From assembly GCA_050084515.1 (NCBI GenBank), contig CM114271.1, positions 43,028,001 through 43,092,000 on the forward strand: DNA of 64,000 nt, read 5' to 3'. The translations under genes and the position numbers were made by a program. This stretch comes from Blasia pusilla (taxonomy: Eukaryota). This document shows, piece after piece, positions 33,020 to 47,690 of the stretch. The number at the start of each line of letters is the position of its first letter. Within the stretch, counting starts at the first letter, position 1. The notes under the pieces were generated by a model, which saw only the letters and a list, made by a program, of their open reading frames with translations, was not told the DNA's origin and made no database searches.

Positions 33020-35856
33020 TGAAGCATTCCCAAATAAGGCCCAGGAAGTCGGCCTCGTGCCCAAAAAATTGTACGGGGAGATAGTTGGAAGCGAGGGTGT
33101 CTCTATCACTTTTATGTATCTGAAATCAAGGCTCCAATGCATGTGGCTAAGATCATTTACAAACATAGATTACATGTTGACAAGGATGGGATGCCATGCC
33201 ACGGCAATAACGACCCAACAAGTTTGGACACTCCTAACATGTATGCTCCTAGGATCTCAAAGGAGTTGAGATGTTACATAAAGAAGAGGCTTCGACTCAG
33301 GATAAAGCCGCACCAGATTATATGCGAGCAAGGGATGATGCTTAAAATGAGATCTGACACCTCTCCTGACTTTGAGGGGAGTATGACAAGGGATGATTTC
33401 CTGCAAATGCATGATATTACAAATGCAAAGAAGTCCTTGAATATGGAGACTTTCCAGTTTTGTATAGATGAAAATGAATCTTTGAGTACTTATGTAAACC
33501 TCTATCCAGAGAAGGTCTTCTTTTATGAGCCTTATTTTGATGATACAAGACCTTTCATATTGGGATTCCAAAGCGCTTGGCAATTGCAATTGATGGTGAA
33601 ATACGGACACAACAATGTTCTTAGCATGGATAGTACGTTTGGCACCAATCGAAGCAAGGTTCGTTACTCTTTATTCATATGTACACTAAATAAAACTTTG
33701 CAAAGTTTAATTTCATGTCTACTTGTAACAATCCTGATATGTTGGAGTTTTGTGTGTAGTTTCCTTTGTATACCATCTTAGTGTTTGATGAGCAACACAC
33801 TGGAATACCTGTAGCATGGATTTAGACCAGTAGCTCCAAGGAGGTGCACTTGGTGAAATGGCTACATGCAGTGGTGACCAAGTGTTGAAGACAACAACCC
33901 TCTTGGGAGCCGAATGCAATCATAGTAGACGATGCCAACGCCGAGCAAAATGCATTGAGGTATATTAAGGATATGCACTGAAGTATTCTCTTACTACAGG
34001 GTCATTCCACGGCCGTGTTTTTGTTTTTCAATATGATTTGTGATTCTGTTACATAGGCATATTGGTCACATGCATTGAAGGTATTGCGGGTATTTTTTTT
34101 CAATCATGCTGTAACTCACCAATAACTTTACTTGCACGATAATATTTTCCAACTCAAGTATCATATTGTGTCTCTGGCATGAACGCCATGACTGGTTGAA
34201 GCACTTGAAACGAAAGGTTCAATGTGCAATCATGAGAGCTCACATGTCACGACATCTAGGAGAAATTATGTACGTAAATCAGTGTGGCACATACACTGGA
34301 GGTGTGATCTTGGATGATGCAAAGATCTTGCTACAAAAATTCTATTCAGACTTCAAAGAGGAAGTTGAATTCATCAACTATATAAGGACTTATTGGGAGC
34401 CGAAATTAGGTGGATGTCTTTGTTTCTCCGATATATTTGCAATAGTTACATAATCGGTGTTTATGAGTGATATTTTCTTTCGTTGGTTCTCTAGAATATT
34501 AATATTGCAGGTGTCTGGATTAACTATAAATCCATGTATTTTTGTTTGAGCACAGGTAAGTGGGTGAAAGCGGCAAGGGACTACCCTCATGCAAACCAAG
34601 ACATGAACACAGCAATTGAAGCATATCATGGAAGCATGAAAGCAGTTCTTGCTGATGACAACAAGAGTATTGCTCGAAGAAGAGGAGACTACCTAGTTTG
34701 GAAGCTTAGCAGTTTTGTAGAGGCTTGGTATTTTCACATTCACTTGCTGAAAAAAAAAGGTTTTGCACAAAACGCAATAGAAGAGCAATATGTGAATAAT
34801 GCAGTATTGAAAGGAAGAGAAATCCCAGCGGGCGATGTGCAGCTTAGTGAATCAAGGGGGCAAGTCAGGATGGCACGTGTCAGGAGCCAAACAATACCAA
34901 CAAAATGGTATGAAGTATACAACTATGACACCGAATGGGGTCATTGTGAGTGTCCTTGGTCCCTAAAGGGGAACATCTGCAAGCACATGGTAAGAAATAC
35001 ATATGTTTTCCTTTTTGGGTATCACAAATCGTCACATTGTCCATCTTCTAATGCAAGTATCATGATTTCTATGATGAGATCTCTCTCCAGATTGCAACTT
35101 TGTTACGAGAGGATTACAACAAAAAGGACCTTGTGAATATACTTGGAAGAAGATTGGGCACAAAATGGGGAGGAATTGCACAACTAAAAATGAAAATGAC
35201 GAATTCAAGATCTATTGAAAGTCATATCTCCGGCGACCTCCTCGATCTCAACAAAATACTAGGTTTCCTTTGAAATACTAATACAAAATCTTGTAGTGCA
35301 AGTAGATTGAGATGATTTGGATATTATTTATGTTATGTTTTTCAGGTTTCAGCTAGAATCTGATTATTTGAATCTGAAGTGTCTTTGAGAATGCATTCCA
35401 TACACAGAGACAAGTATAAGCCCTTCGCTTGAGACAACACCAGTAGTCGAAGAATTTAATTTATCAGGTTCAACCCAAGAAATGGAGGCTACTATAGACA
35501 AAGTGTACTCTGAGTTGCAGAATCATTGTCATGGTAGTGACTTGCTTTTAAGAATGGCGTCTAAAATTTTGAGGGAAATAAATGGTCGGATTGAAATAAC
35601 AAAAGTTGTTGTTAGAAACGGCTTGACACAGCAGACATACAATGATGGTTTCCAAAACAATAATTCTATCAAACGAGTGAAGTCGAACATTGAGCGCTGG
35701 TCAGAAAAAGCAAAGAGACAGAGTACACAACATGGATTAGGATATAATACAGTCTTGTGTCCATCCCAAGATGGAAGCTCAAGTAGGTTACCATCCTTTC
35801 CAAAGCCAAGACCAAGAAAGAAGAGATTAGGCCTGCAAGATGAGCTAGACTCATAG
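33020..35856 (+). pseudogene. Mutator/MULE transposase with SWIM zinc finger, spliced, premature stop at 33823
   Basis: FILGFQSAWQ...SMDSTFGTN, FPLYTILVFDE, IIVDD, LCLWH (CxxH), NTAIEAYH, CECPWSLKGNICKH. The 5' and 3' limits are approximate. Confidence 0.85.
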
Positions 35857-37589
35857 GCAAGATCAATGCTTTTGAATATAGATGGTGCCACATGCACGTG
35901 ATTTTGTTGTAGTTTTGAGATCGGTGTATATGGAGGATTGGGGCTTTTGGAGTTCATGGAAGGTATTCCAGATTGGCGGATCTTCACGGGATCTCCACGG
36001 GTAGCGGCACATATATTAACGGCATCGATTATAGGGTCTTCCGCCGGCCTTAGGCTTTTGGATTTTTGAGAGAGGGACATCGCGATACATAGGGGCTCAG
36101 TTTCGATGAATATTTTCAATCTTCAGCTTCATGGAAGATGAAGCAACTATGAATCAAGGGAAACAGAAACGAGTGTGAAGAAGTTCTTCTTATCTCCACG
36201 ATTCAATTTTGATCTGTCACCATGGACAAAACTCGTGCAATGAAGAGGACCAGAGGAGTGATCAAGCTCCAACAGGCTTCCAGACCTGCTCAAGGACTTA
36301 AAGAAGGGGATAGAGGCCATGAATCAGATGGGGACACTACAAAACGCGTGAAGAAAGGTGCTGGAAGTGTTTCTTGCTCTGAAATTTCTACTACCAGCTT
36401 ATCATTGTCAAATTTGAACAAAAACTTCAACGATGCGTTTGTGAAGATTTTTATGGGGCCTGCAGGAAAGAAGCCAGCCAAGTCTCACAAGGGATCACTT
36501 GTAGAACTGCAAGAGTTGTCAGCCAGGTTGAAGGTCATTTCAAATGTTTGCAATACTATGGAAACGATTGTGCATGGATTTTTATCTGTGCGCATTTCTC
36601 TACAGAAGCTCGAAAGTTCCATGTCTGAAAAGACCATCGATGGCTTACCTCAAATCATTGAGAAGTCTGTGTTGCAGGTACAAGCACTCTTGACAGATGA
36701 AAATGTCCTTCAATTGAGTGTGGCAAATAGAGAGGTGCTCCAATGTTTAGATCAGAACCGTAGTGCTTGGAAATTTCTACGTGCTCAGATTTACTTTGAT
36801 CTCTGCCCACAAAGCTTACATAGAAATTCCTCCCCCTAACTGATGAATTCTATTCTGAAGTAATACGTGAGCTCACATTGTGAGTAAATTTCTCAAAATT
36901 TATTTTCTATCTCGTTTTGATCCCAGATTGTCCTACTTGACTTTAATATGTGCATTATTTCACATTTTTGGCCTTGGACAAATGATTTCATTGTATGACC
37001 ATTAAGTATATCACGGCATATTGGAACATACTTTCGTTAAAAACATGATACTTTCAGAATCCTTTTCCCTGATTTTATCTGTAATGAATCCCTTCATGGA
37101 GTTATCAGGGTGTTCTATCGTTATATTCTTGGACACTAATACATAAAAAGTATAAGCTGAGAACATACACACTCTCATTTCACAGGTAGGCAACATGTCC
37201 TTTTAGATGATGTTTGGAATCTGTCCTCATTCTTTTTTTTACAAAAATTGAGAAGATAGGTTACAAGAGTAGAATGTTTTCCACTCAATGGGGATACATT
37301 AAATACTCTCCACTTTGTCGAAAGATAGTTGAGATACAGACTTCACTTCCAAAGATAACTCTAGCACACCGGATGAAAAAATGGTGGGGAAACACACTGT
37401 ACTACTCTAATAAAGCCGTCTATTTTGTGGTCCTCTTAATTTTATGTTGGAATTATTTCCATATTCACCACTAATCCATTCATCTTATTCTATACTTTTA
37501 CACATGCTTTCCATACGTTTAGGTAATACAAGCGATAACAAAAGGGTGTAATTCCCTAAACCGTGGCTATGGGCTTCTCTACAATCGTA

Positions 37590-38910
37590 TGGCAAAGGTG
37601 GAATGCTTTTTATTTTCCGCTAACTAACTACAACATAGAAAGAAATGGTAAAAGAAAGAGTGGAATACTTTCCTTTCGCTACGCACATCAGCTTCCCATT
37701 TCCATCTCTACAATAAATTTTCACTACCGTCATGTGTAATGTGCTTGGAAGATGGAATCCTTTGTATTCAACCCGAAACTCCCGACACTTATATGAATTT
37801 CCTCTTAATTTCTTGGTCTCCTTAATTCTAAGATGGAATACTTACCATATTATCCACTTCTCCGTTAAGTTTATTTGATAGTTTAAAACCTATTTTCTAT
37901 TTGTTTGGGTAATTGAAGGGTTTCAGGTTTTCCTTTACCGATTGCAAAATCTTCCCATTTTGCCTTCCAAATTTTTCCTTTTGGTTAAAGGTGGAATATT
38001 CTGCTCGCCATCGAATGTTTACGACACATGAACATTACTTATCCTTGTATGCCATTACATACAAAGGTAATGTCGAAAAAGTTTCCAAACGATTAAAATA
38101 TATAGATTTGGTTGTAAGAGTATAAATATTTGTGTGTATCAACTATATTTGTGTGTAAAATCTAAATAACTAAAATACACAAACAAAAAATGGCAAAGCA
38201 AAAAGTGGAATACTTTCCTTCGGCTACGCACAACAACTTCCCACTTCTTCGAGTGTAATGTGTGTGGAAGATGGAATGCTTTCTATTTACCTCGATCCTA
38301 CCGACACTCTTGTGAATTTTCCCATAATTTCTCGGCCTCCTGGATTCTAAGATGGAATGCTTACCATATTGTCCACTTATCCATTCACTTTATTTTATAG
38401 TTTTACACATGTTTTCTATTTGTTTCTATTTTCTGCTAACTAACAACAACACAGAAAAAAATTGGTAAAAGAAAGAGTGGAATACTTTCCTTCGGCTACG
38501 CACAACAACTTCCCACTTCTTCGAGTGTAATGTGTGTGGAAGATGGAATGTTTTCTATTTACCTCGATCCTACCGACACTCTTGTGAATTTTCCCATAAT
38601 TTCTCGATATCCTTAATTCTAAGCTGGAATGCTTACCATATTGTCCACTTATCCATTCACTTTATTTTATAGTTTTACACATGTTTTCTATTTGCTTCTA
38701 TTTTCCGCTAACTAACAACAACACAGAAAAAAATTGGTAAAAGAAAGAGTGGAATACTTTCCTTCAGCTACGCACAACAACTTCCCACTTCCAATCTTAT
38801 AATAAATTATGATTTTCTCCGAGTGTAATAGATGGAATGCTTTCTATTTACCTCGATCCTACCATATTGTCCACTTATCCATTCACTTTATTTTATAGTT
38901 TTACATCTTC
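37590..38910. repeat. Tandem repeat, unit about 272 bp, about 4 partly degenerate copies
   Basis: GTGGAATACTTTCCTT(C)GGCTACGCACA recurs near 37660, 38206, 38478 and 38749. Confidence 0.85.
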
Positions 38911-39599
38911 ACGAATGCAGCAAGAACCTCAATAGTGATTCTCACTTCATTCTTACGATACAGTAGAAACCCAAGGGAAAAAAGGGGCATAGGAGCCCAT
39001 CAGAAAGCCTTCTACGAGAGCCACAACCTTCAAAATCGGCCACTGGTGGCCAATCTCTGAATGACATGGTCACATGCAACACCAAAACCCATCTAATACA
39101 CCTTCACGATACATTCTGAAGTTATCAATGGAAATAAAGAGATTTCAAGAAGCAAGTAACTACAGAGACCAACTTACCCACCATAATCAAGCACCTGAGG
39201 CTGAATCACTCCGCATGACTGAGTAGCAAAAGACACCGAATACACTTATACAGGTAAAGCGACAACGAAAAAGTGACTCCCCGTCTATTTAAGAAAGAAC
39301 CGCAATCAATTGGACACTAGTGTGATCTGGCCCAATTGTAGAAAACGTAAGGCATTCCAGCAATGCAACTCTACGGATTTAAAAAAAAGCAGAGAACTCT
39401 GAGGCACATCTCCCTTGATTCTCTGCCTATGTCGTAGTATAATCCTACAGAACAAACGCGAAAATCAATAGACGATTCACCCATCCAATCAACCCTTCAT
39501 ACGCTCCGGAGATGAATGTGTTCATAAACACGTTCATCTCCAAGGTTCGGAGAGAAAACTAATACGTTACGAACCGAAAGCACTCTGGCTGCAACGATC

Positions 39600-39840
39600 A
39601 ATGCGGAGGGCAAATTTCTGCAACGGAGGGCAAATCTCTCCAACGGAGGGAAAATTTCTCCAACGGAGAGCAAATTTCTGCAACAGAGGGGAAATCTCTG
39701 CAACGGAGGGCAAAATTCTGCAACGGAGGGCAAATCTCTGCAAACGGAGGGCAAAATTCTGCAACGGACGGGAAATCTCTGTAACGGAGGGCAAATTTCT
39801 GCAACGGATGGCATGGCAAATCTCTGCAACGGAGGGCAAA
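39600..39840. repeat. 20-bp minisatellite (CTGCAACGGAGGGCAAATYT), about 12 units
   Basis: Directly visible tandem units; they account for the repetitive ORFs in the track. Confidence 0.92.
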
Positions 39841-42800
39841 CGCATCACAGAGATCAATGTGTTCATAAACACATCTCCAAGGATGTGCAGCCGATTGAAA
39901 TTCTACACGGACAAAATCAGCAGCAGTAGCTCCGTCCTCCGTAGCTGCTCCATCCTCCGCAGCAGCTCCGTCCTCAACACTAGCTCTCTCAGGATTGCCC
40001 CTCACTACGACGACTCACTTCCTGGATTTATAAGCTGGCCTTTGAGATTTGAATTTCAAAACGCAAATGTATCATCCACACCATCCACCCTACCATCCAC
40101 ATACCATCCACATTGCTCGCGGATATCCGAGAGCGTCCCGGACCATCCAAGAGGGTCACCGTTGCTAGGAAAATGTAGCCGGGTGTAGAGCATTCCGATC
40201 GCGATGGAGGGAATGGGTTTGGGGCACCCGTCACTTGAACCCGCAACACAGGGGACATGATGGGAGCAATAAGTGCTCTGACTATGGTGAGCCATGTAAC
40301 ATGGTCGGCTGGATTTGACTCCCCAGTTCTCACAACGTCGTAAGAACAGTCTCGTATGAGAACTTGAAACCTTCTTCAAAGCATGTATAGCCCTTTTTAG
40401 CCGTGCTTTCTAATGAACATACCTGTGATCGAATAAAAGTACGAACGAAGAAGCTCCACCTGCCAATTAATGTGCTCCTAAATCCAATCCATGGAAAGTT
40501 ACGGTTCATGTTATACCAGGATGAGATAAGAACATCTTTACCACAAACATCGGAACGACCTCGTCTCATGGAAAGACTGCCATCCATGGAAAGATTCGAT
40601 CTCTAACTCACTTTTTGTTGGCCGAGGTATACGGAGAAAGGGACCGTCACCTCCATCCGAGCGACACTTGTAACATAGGTTGGAAACTGTCACATTGTGT
40701 TCCAGCTGGAGTTGGTGGGGAAGAATAGTACGGTAATCTACCGACATCCACTTGAGGAAACTAAAATTAATGTTCCGCATTCTGCATGTGAGGCAATCGC
40801 TCGAGCGCGTTTCGGAATCGGAACTTTCACGCACACTTGGACACATGTAAACTGTCCACGTAAGCCCGTCAAGGCCATCGTTGACAATGTTGTCGCCTAT
40901 GCATCCTCGCTGGTTGGTTAGACTCAAATTAACTTGTGGTTAACTGAACGTATGTCGCACAACATATTTTACAAAAACGTTCCTCCTACCGGCCAACAAG
41001 GCGATACGTTCTGTTCAAATGGTCGAAAACATTTCTCCTTGGGACCACCGGATTAGGTTCTATCATGGGTGAGACGATGATCACTGAGATCCTCCTCCTC
41101 ATGCTCGACTCGACTCGACTCCCCTGGGGCTAACAATGATGTGTAGCGGAGATGCCCACTGTCTTTCAATGCCAGCTGCCCTCTGAGAGTTCTCTCTGCC
41201 TGAAAGCTTTTGAGCGACCGGCCCGAACAGACGGGATTCCGCATATCTTGAGACAATTCTCTTGTGTCGTCTCCGGGCAGTCCTCACAAGTTCTTGTACC
41301 CAACGACATCTGATCTTTCAGTTTCTTAGAGTCTCGATTGACGTGAAATTTTCTTTTCTTTCCTCTTTTTGCTACTGGCGACTGATCAGTTTCAGGAACG
41401 ATGTAACGTGCAAGTGTACGCGTAATTTAGGGAGAAAATGAATCCCTTGCACCAATTCTGCGTTAAAAAAACATATTGACGTGAATGGTAGAGCGATTAT
41501 GATCATACCATGGGCGTTCTCTTCTCAAAATTTCATGGAATGATGCATGCGCGGAAATATAACGCTTGGCTTGGTTGTTTCCAAGTTTCTCCCCTTTTTC
41601 CTCTCTTGTTGGATTATTCTTGTTCCATGATTCTCACCAAGGAATTAGGAGTTGCAACATGACCTTGACATGGCATGTTAAGGTCATGTCGTATACTCCT
41701 AGTGAAAAGTGGGGTTCCTTTGCATTTCTTCATTTCCATCTCGTCCCTACGATGTAACTTTCCTGGTGATGCTCTTGGATTAGAAACGAGCTACTTTTCA
41801 CACGCTACCACCACTAAACCTACCTTGCACCTTATGAAGGCCCTTATCCCGGGCTTTCCGCACTTAAATTACTCTTCTTTTCTTCAGTTTCTTTCTCTTT
41901 ATGCTTGCGATCCTCCCTTTCGAGCTTGTGCGTTGCATTGTGGTACCACTCGAGTGTTTCCCTAATCGTGAGGAAAATAGTAGGTTTGAAAATAAATCAA
42001 TCAAGTAGAAATTTTTAAGATTTGATTTGCTTGATATCAATGGGGGCCAAGCCTTGGGCTCCGTCAGCCCGGGTTTACGCGGCGGGTTGAGGTGTAGGCT
42101 TGGGTGCGAGCCGGGCATGTCCGGATTTATCCGTTTCTGTGCAACCTCGCTTTTGAGCCTATAGGATTCTTTGAAGTTGATTTTAAATGATGTTTGAGAA
42201 TTTTGAGAGCTAACTATCATTTTTGGAGGTAATTTAAATCCATACATGGCATGAGTTTACATTAGTGTGTCCTATGGATGCCACCTAGCTCACACTATTC
42301 ACCTAACCCTAGTTATTTTAACCAATACCACGCAATACAATAGGCCAAACATATTTGTGGCTATACAGTTCGTAGAAATTTCTTTTTCCTACGATCATGT
42401 GAGAATTTCTTTGTAAACAACATTATGTGTGAATACGAGTATTTATAGGAGGATTTAAGAAATTCCTTTTGTAAATGATTTAACATGTTATACGTGCTTA
42501 GAGGTAACAAGAGTAGGGGCGTATGTAATAATGACGTGGGTTGAAGAAATTGGGAATCTCACGAGAAACTTAATGGCGATAACTTTGTTGTCTCCAATCA
42601 AGCTTTCAAAATGGACTACTGATGGTAAGCATGTATGTGAATTATTTTCCAATCGTAGAACAAATGACAAATTTAGGATGCAAGCTCTTTAAAAATTGAA
42701 TTATTTTAGAAAGTGACTATTTTGGACCTTTGCTTTTCGTAGCAAATATGACGTGTTTCATCATATGTCATGATAGGGAATGTAAACGAATCATGTTTTG

Positions 42801-43647
42801 GCATACAAATCAATCCACTAGGGAAGATTCTCTAGGGTCATGGATGATTTCCCAATCCACGTGGAAAAAAAAAGGAAATTTCTGCTCGAAAAAAATTTGT
42901 AGAAGAAATTTGGTATTTTTTATGTTTCTAGATTATACTATGTAAGTTAAAATGCATTTGGATGAGTTGAAAGTACTATTAAGAAACCTTGTAGTTATAC
43001 ATTGATGACATCTAGTGTTTCCTAAACATGGTGCATTATTACAAATTTGAAATCCGGACCTTAATTTTATCCTTGTAGACATTGGTAGAATATTGGAAAG
43101 TTGAAAATGGGAAAATTTCCAAACTTGAATCCATGACCATAATGCAACTTATATGAAACCAAAATGGAGGTGATTCTATTCTCTCAAAAAAATTCCTGGT
43201 TATTTTTAAAGAGAAAGTAAATTGATATGTCTTGTTCTATTTTCACAAGACTTGAATTCATCTTTCCTCTGTCACATGACTCACGTCGTTTGTAGTGTTC
43301 GTCCTATCTCGATATCGAGATAGGACGAACATTGATTCTAGGAGGTTGAGGATGACATGTTGAGGACTAGGGTAACTTGAGTACTTAGGTTATCCTCTAT
43401 TTTGGACTCAGCCTTTTTTTTAGCTATATTGAGGAACTCATCATTTCATGTAAATCTCCCTTCTCTAGTAGAGTAGAATTTCCTTATCGAGAAACTTAAC
43501 TCACCCTTAACCCCCTATTATATCAAAATTTGGGTTAGAGTTGAGGAGGTGACTTGCATGCACAAATCACCATAGAGAGAGATTGGGGAGGGCAGGACAT
43601 ATCCAAGGAGAGAAAGTGTGGGCGCTCATTCTCTCTTTGATGAACCA

Positions 43648-44080
43648 TAAGGTTGCATAGAAACGAACTTGTCCCCCCCATGGTTGGACATGCCTATAGA
43701 CATACTCAATGGGTCCTCTTCCCGAGTTTTTTGGTACCCCAATCTAACACGTGGGTTTGGTAAGTTGGAATAAGTGTGAGCTAAGATTAAGAGAGGCAAG
43801 TAGGGATCAAACATATATGAGAGTTGCAAGTGGCTGTCATCTGAAGCACGCTTGGCCCGCAGACTGCCGCCATGGGGCAAGGCCTTGCAAGCCTCTACAC
43901 ACAATGTAAGGGCTAAAAACAAGATGGCGAGAATAGGCAATGGGTTGCTAGACTAGGATATGGTATGGCAAGCCCAAATCTAAGTTTCGGGCAAGGTAGG
44001 CCCAAGAACGAGCAGTGGGAGCCCGAGCCTACACGGAAATTTCTGTCCTAGGGACGAACATAAATTTGTGTGCAACATTG
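43648..44080. mobile_element. hAT-type MITE, same TIR family as 31272-31643
   Basis: TAAGGTTGCA...TGCAACATTG; flanks ATGAACCA/GTGAACCT (6/8 match). Confidence 0.65.
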
Positions 44081-45519
44081 GTGAACCTCCTTACATAAGA
44101 CAAAGATATTATGATTGTCTTTGTCTTGTGAGTAACCTTAGCCTTTCATTAAAAGAATGGGCTTGATTAAACATGAGAGAGATAATGACGATGGAGAGCT
44201 TTGATCCATGATTTTACAAAGAGAGATTGAGCTCTTAAACTCTCTCTTCTTGGATATATTCAGGATATTTTGGCAATTGATTGCTTATGTGTGTAAATGT
44301 AATGATTAGTATGGTATCTTATGTTTATGTGTATATGGATAGTGACAAGGATATATGTTGTGTAGGGATCGATTAGTATCCACATCATACCTCTAATCCA
44401 TGATCAAACCATATCAAATATTTTTTTTGGGTAGAGCGCTAGCTTTAATTATGTGCTTAGTGTTGATATATGCTCAAACTCAAGATAACTCCTAGTGTGA
44501 AGGGTCCTTTGGCAATTACAAAATTTTTGGAGAGAAGAATTTGACCCATGAAGGAAAAATCCCCTTGGAGAGATGGAAACATTAGTTTTGAGGTCAAGAC
44601 AATCTAAAAGGATTAAAATCAAAAGATTTGGTGTCTAATTGACAAAGGCTCCATCCCCAAGTGTTTTTCAAATTTTCATATTTTCTCTATCATGAAAAAA
44701 TTATAGGTTTGTGATTTTGGGCATCATAGTACACAACATCAAGTAATTACGAAGTTATTTTCTTCCTGGAAAAACTCAATTTTAACAAAATTAGTAGAAA
44801 TTTTTTGCATGTGTGTCCAAAATTCTATCTACTATCATGAAGATCCATAAAAGGCAAGCTTGCTCGCCATCTATGATCACCCTGGTGGGAGGGGTCTTGA
44901 GAGCTGGCCCCCGTGGTACGGTACACACACCGGTTTCGTGCCTATTTAGATGAAGCCATATTAGGGTTTCATTATTATTTCGCGTGCACAGATTTAGGCT
45001 TGAGAGGGAGTCTTGGAGAGCTTGCAATATAAAATGTGTGCAAATTTCAGCAAATCGACCTGAGAGTGTTTGATCGTGGATGTACCTTTTGCATGGGAAG
45101 TGAACCACGTATAGCTCGTGTGATTCATAAGAGTGATTGCACCTTTTTCTTCCGAGAAAAACTTATGTTAATTTTTCCCAACAGAAGAAAAACATAAATA
45201 ATTGAAAATTGGGCTAGAAATTGGAAAATTTGATGCCCAAAAGTTAGAGTAAAATTCCTAGTTACGATTTTCAAATCACAAGAAATTGACGTTTTTAAAT
45301 TTTTGCAATATTTTAATGAACACCAATGAAAAGAGGAGAGAAAAATAGACTAAGAGTAGAGGATTATATTTCTTATTTAACTTCCATACTCCATCAAATA
45401 GGGTAAGAATCTTATGGAGAGATTCATGCATAATGAAATTTTGGCTATTCACAATGCCAAAATTACCTGAGCCAAAAAATCTTGAAAAGGAAATTCATAA
45501 GTTTTTGATTAATCTTAAG

Positions 45520-45640
45520 CTTCTAGAAGATAAGAAGGTGATTGGATATTGATGGGTTATCAAGGTGAAGCCAAATTCAAACATTGTTTTCAATAGATAC
45601 GAAGCCAAATTAAAAGTCAGGAAATATGCATAAAATTATT
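45520..45640 (+). pseudogene. Very degenerate Ty1/Copia RT fragment
   Basis: GY*WVIKVKPNSNIVFNRYEAKLKVRKY resembles GCKWVFKxK...RYKARLVAKGY. Confidence 0.45.
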
Positions 45641-47352
45641 GTTGAATATTGAGTGATGGTTAAGCTTATAACTGTATAAAATTTTTAGAATATTTGATAC
45701 GTACCCAAAGAAGGTGAGCTAAATAAAATATAATCAGTGAACTAAGATTAGCTTAACTAGGGGTAAGCAACCATACTTAGTTTAGCTATCGATGTTGGTC
45801 TAGTTAGAGTTGGTTGTACATATCCTATATAATTAATAAATATAATAATCTCCTCTTATTCTTCTTATGAGAAAGAAAAGTCTTTATACTAGTCTTCTTT
45901 AAATATCGGGGATGGTAGATGAGGCGTAGGACGAGATAGTATTGAGGTCTTAGAAGGGTCTTGTACTTCCCTATTTTGAGAGGTCATATGTGACCTACTC
46001 TTAGGAAGTGATCTACGAGTGTATGTCACCCTTCCCTTTATGACAAGTGACAACCTTGGAGAGGTTGACTTGGACCTATAGGGTGGTGGGTTAGTTGGTA
46101 GTTGGTCTCATGAGGGGACCACATGTTAGGGAGTTAGTATATATGTACTGCACGTTGGTAGTGACCTGGTTGGAGGGAGCTGATCTATGTGTACACGTCA
46201 CCCATGGAGGTGCCTAGAGGGAGTATACCTTGGATGAAGCTCATTTGGAGCTTATCTCTTTAGGATTGCAGACTGGTATTGGGATCCGTGATTCGATGCA
46301 ACTTGCATGTATTGAGCCTGGATTCTCTCTTGAAGAGTGGGCCAGGATTGATCAATAAGGAGATCACAAACATTTTGGGAGTCCTTGTGTACACTTTCTC
46401 TTGCTGTTACAACATTGTGTATTTTGTTCACGAATATGGTTGTTTGGATGAAGTAAGGTTGATTGCAGATTTTGTTAGATTTTACAGTGCGTATTCAATT
46501 ATAAAATGGATTGTCCAGTTGTTCATGTGTAGAGATGTTATGATTCATAGCTAGATGGATCTTAGACATGTGTGTACATGACACCCAATGTATGTTGGCA
46601 ACGATGTGTATTCGCGCAACATGGTCACTTTATTGGGTTGGACCCATCACGTGCAAAAAAGTATAGGGTTTTTTTTATTCCATTTCAAAGAAGATTTTAA
46701 AAGATCTACGGAAGAAAGTAAGGGAAACTTTAATTCACGAAATGGTTTAAAAGTATGATAGGGTAGTTTAACTCGATGCACAATATAATAAAGTTACAAG
46801 AAAAAGATAGGAATTTTTATAAGAAAATATAAAAATTGCCATATGTCACCTATTCATTGGTAGAAATATCGCAAAAAAATTCTTGATTTTTAGAGGGTTA
46901 TGTCTAATATCTTGCATTTACAGTGCTTATTTTGAAGTTGGGCAGGTTTATGAAAATGGTTTTGATTTTTTCTATTGTGTAGGGTTTATGATTTTGGTGG
47001 CCATATGACCTAAACGCGCAAGCATTGCACGCGATGGTTGATGAGCTAACCATCTACCGCTCTTGTCCACTAGGTCGGGGTGAAAAGGGAGGATGGAAGG
47101 GAGCACGAATGAACGAGGGCAATTTTTTTGCTACGATTGAAAGGCCGCAACTTTGATTGAGGACCCGTTTTAGTGCGAGAGAAATTAATTTTGGGAGCGC
47201 AAACATCTTAGGCCAGAGGTTGAAAGGATGGAGTTTCAAGAAGTTCAAAGGAGTTTCTGGACGAACAGAGAGTCGGCATGTAAGAAAACTGTGAACTATT
47301 GGCAAGCCATAGGAGAGAGGGGGCGAACAAGGCACGGTCGCAAACAAGTTAG

Positions 47353-47354
<2 letters not shown>

Positions 47355-47440
<86 letters not shown>
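47355..47440. repeat. (CT)n microsatellite
   Basis: About 43 perfect units. Confidence 0.98.
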
Positions 47441-47442
<2 letters not shown>

Positions 47443-47690
47443 CTTTTTTCCTTCAAAAGTCCTCTTGTTCAAGTTTCCTTGAATTCAACAGTATCGTTTA
47501 TAAATGGTTGTTGTTGGATATGCGCAATACAAGAATAAGAAATAGCTCGAAAATTTAGGCCATGAAGTAAGACATATTCTAGCATCTGTGGTGTCAGATT
47601 TAACTAATGTAAGTAGTTCTCAAAAATTTGATCTAAACGTGCACGTGCTCATCTGCCAATCGTCGAAGCTCCTCAGTCGAGCCCCACAAC

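Noticed and set aside
39600-39840. CRISPR-like array or repeat protein
   Set aside because: Units abut with no unique spacers, there are no cas genes and the context is eukaryotic; the ORFs arise from a stop-free 20-bp unit.
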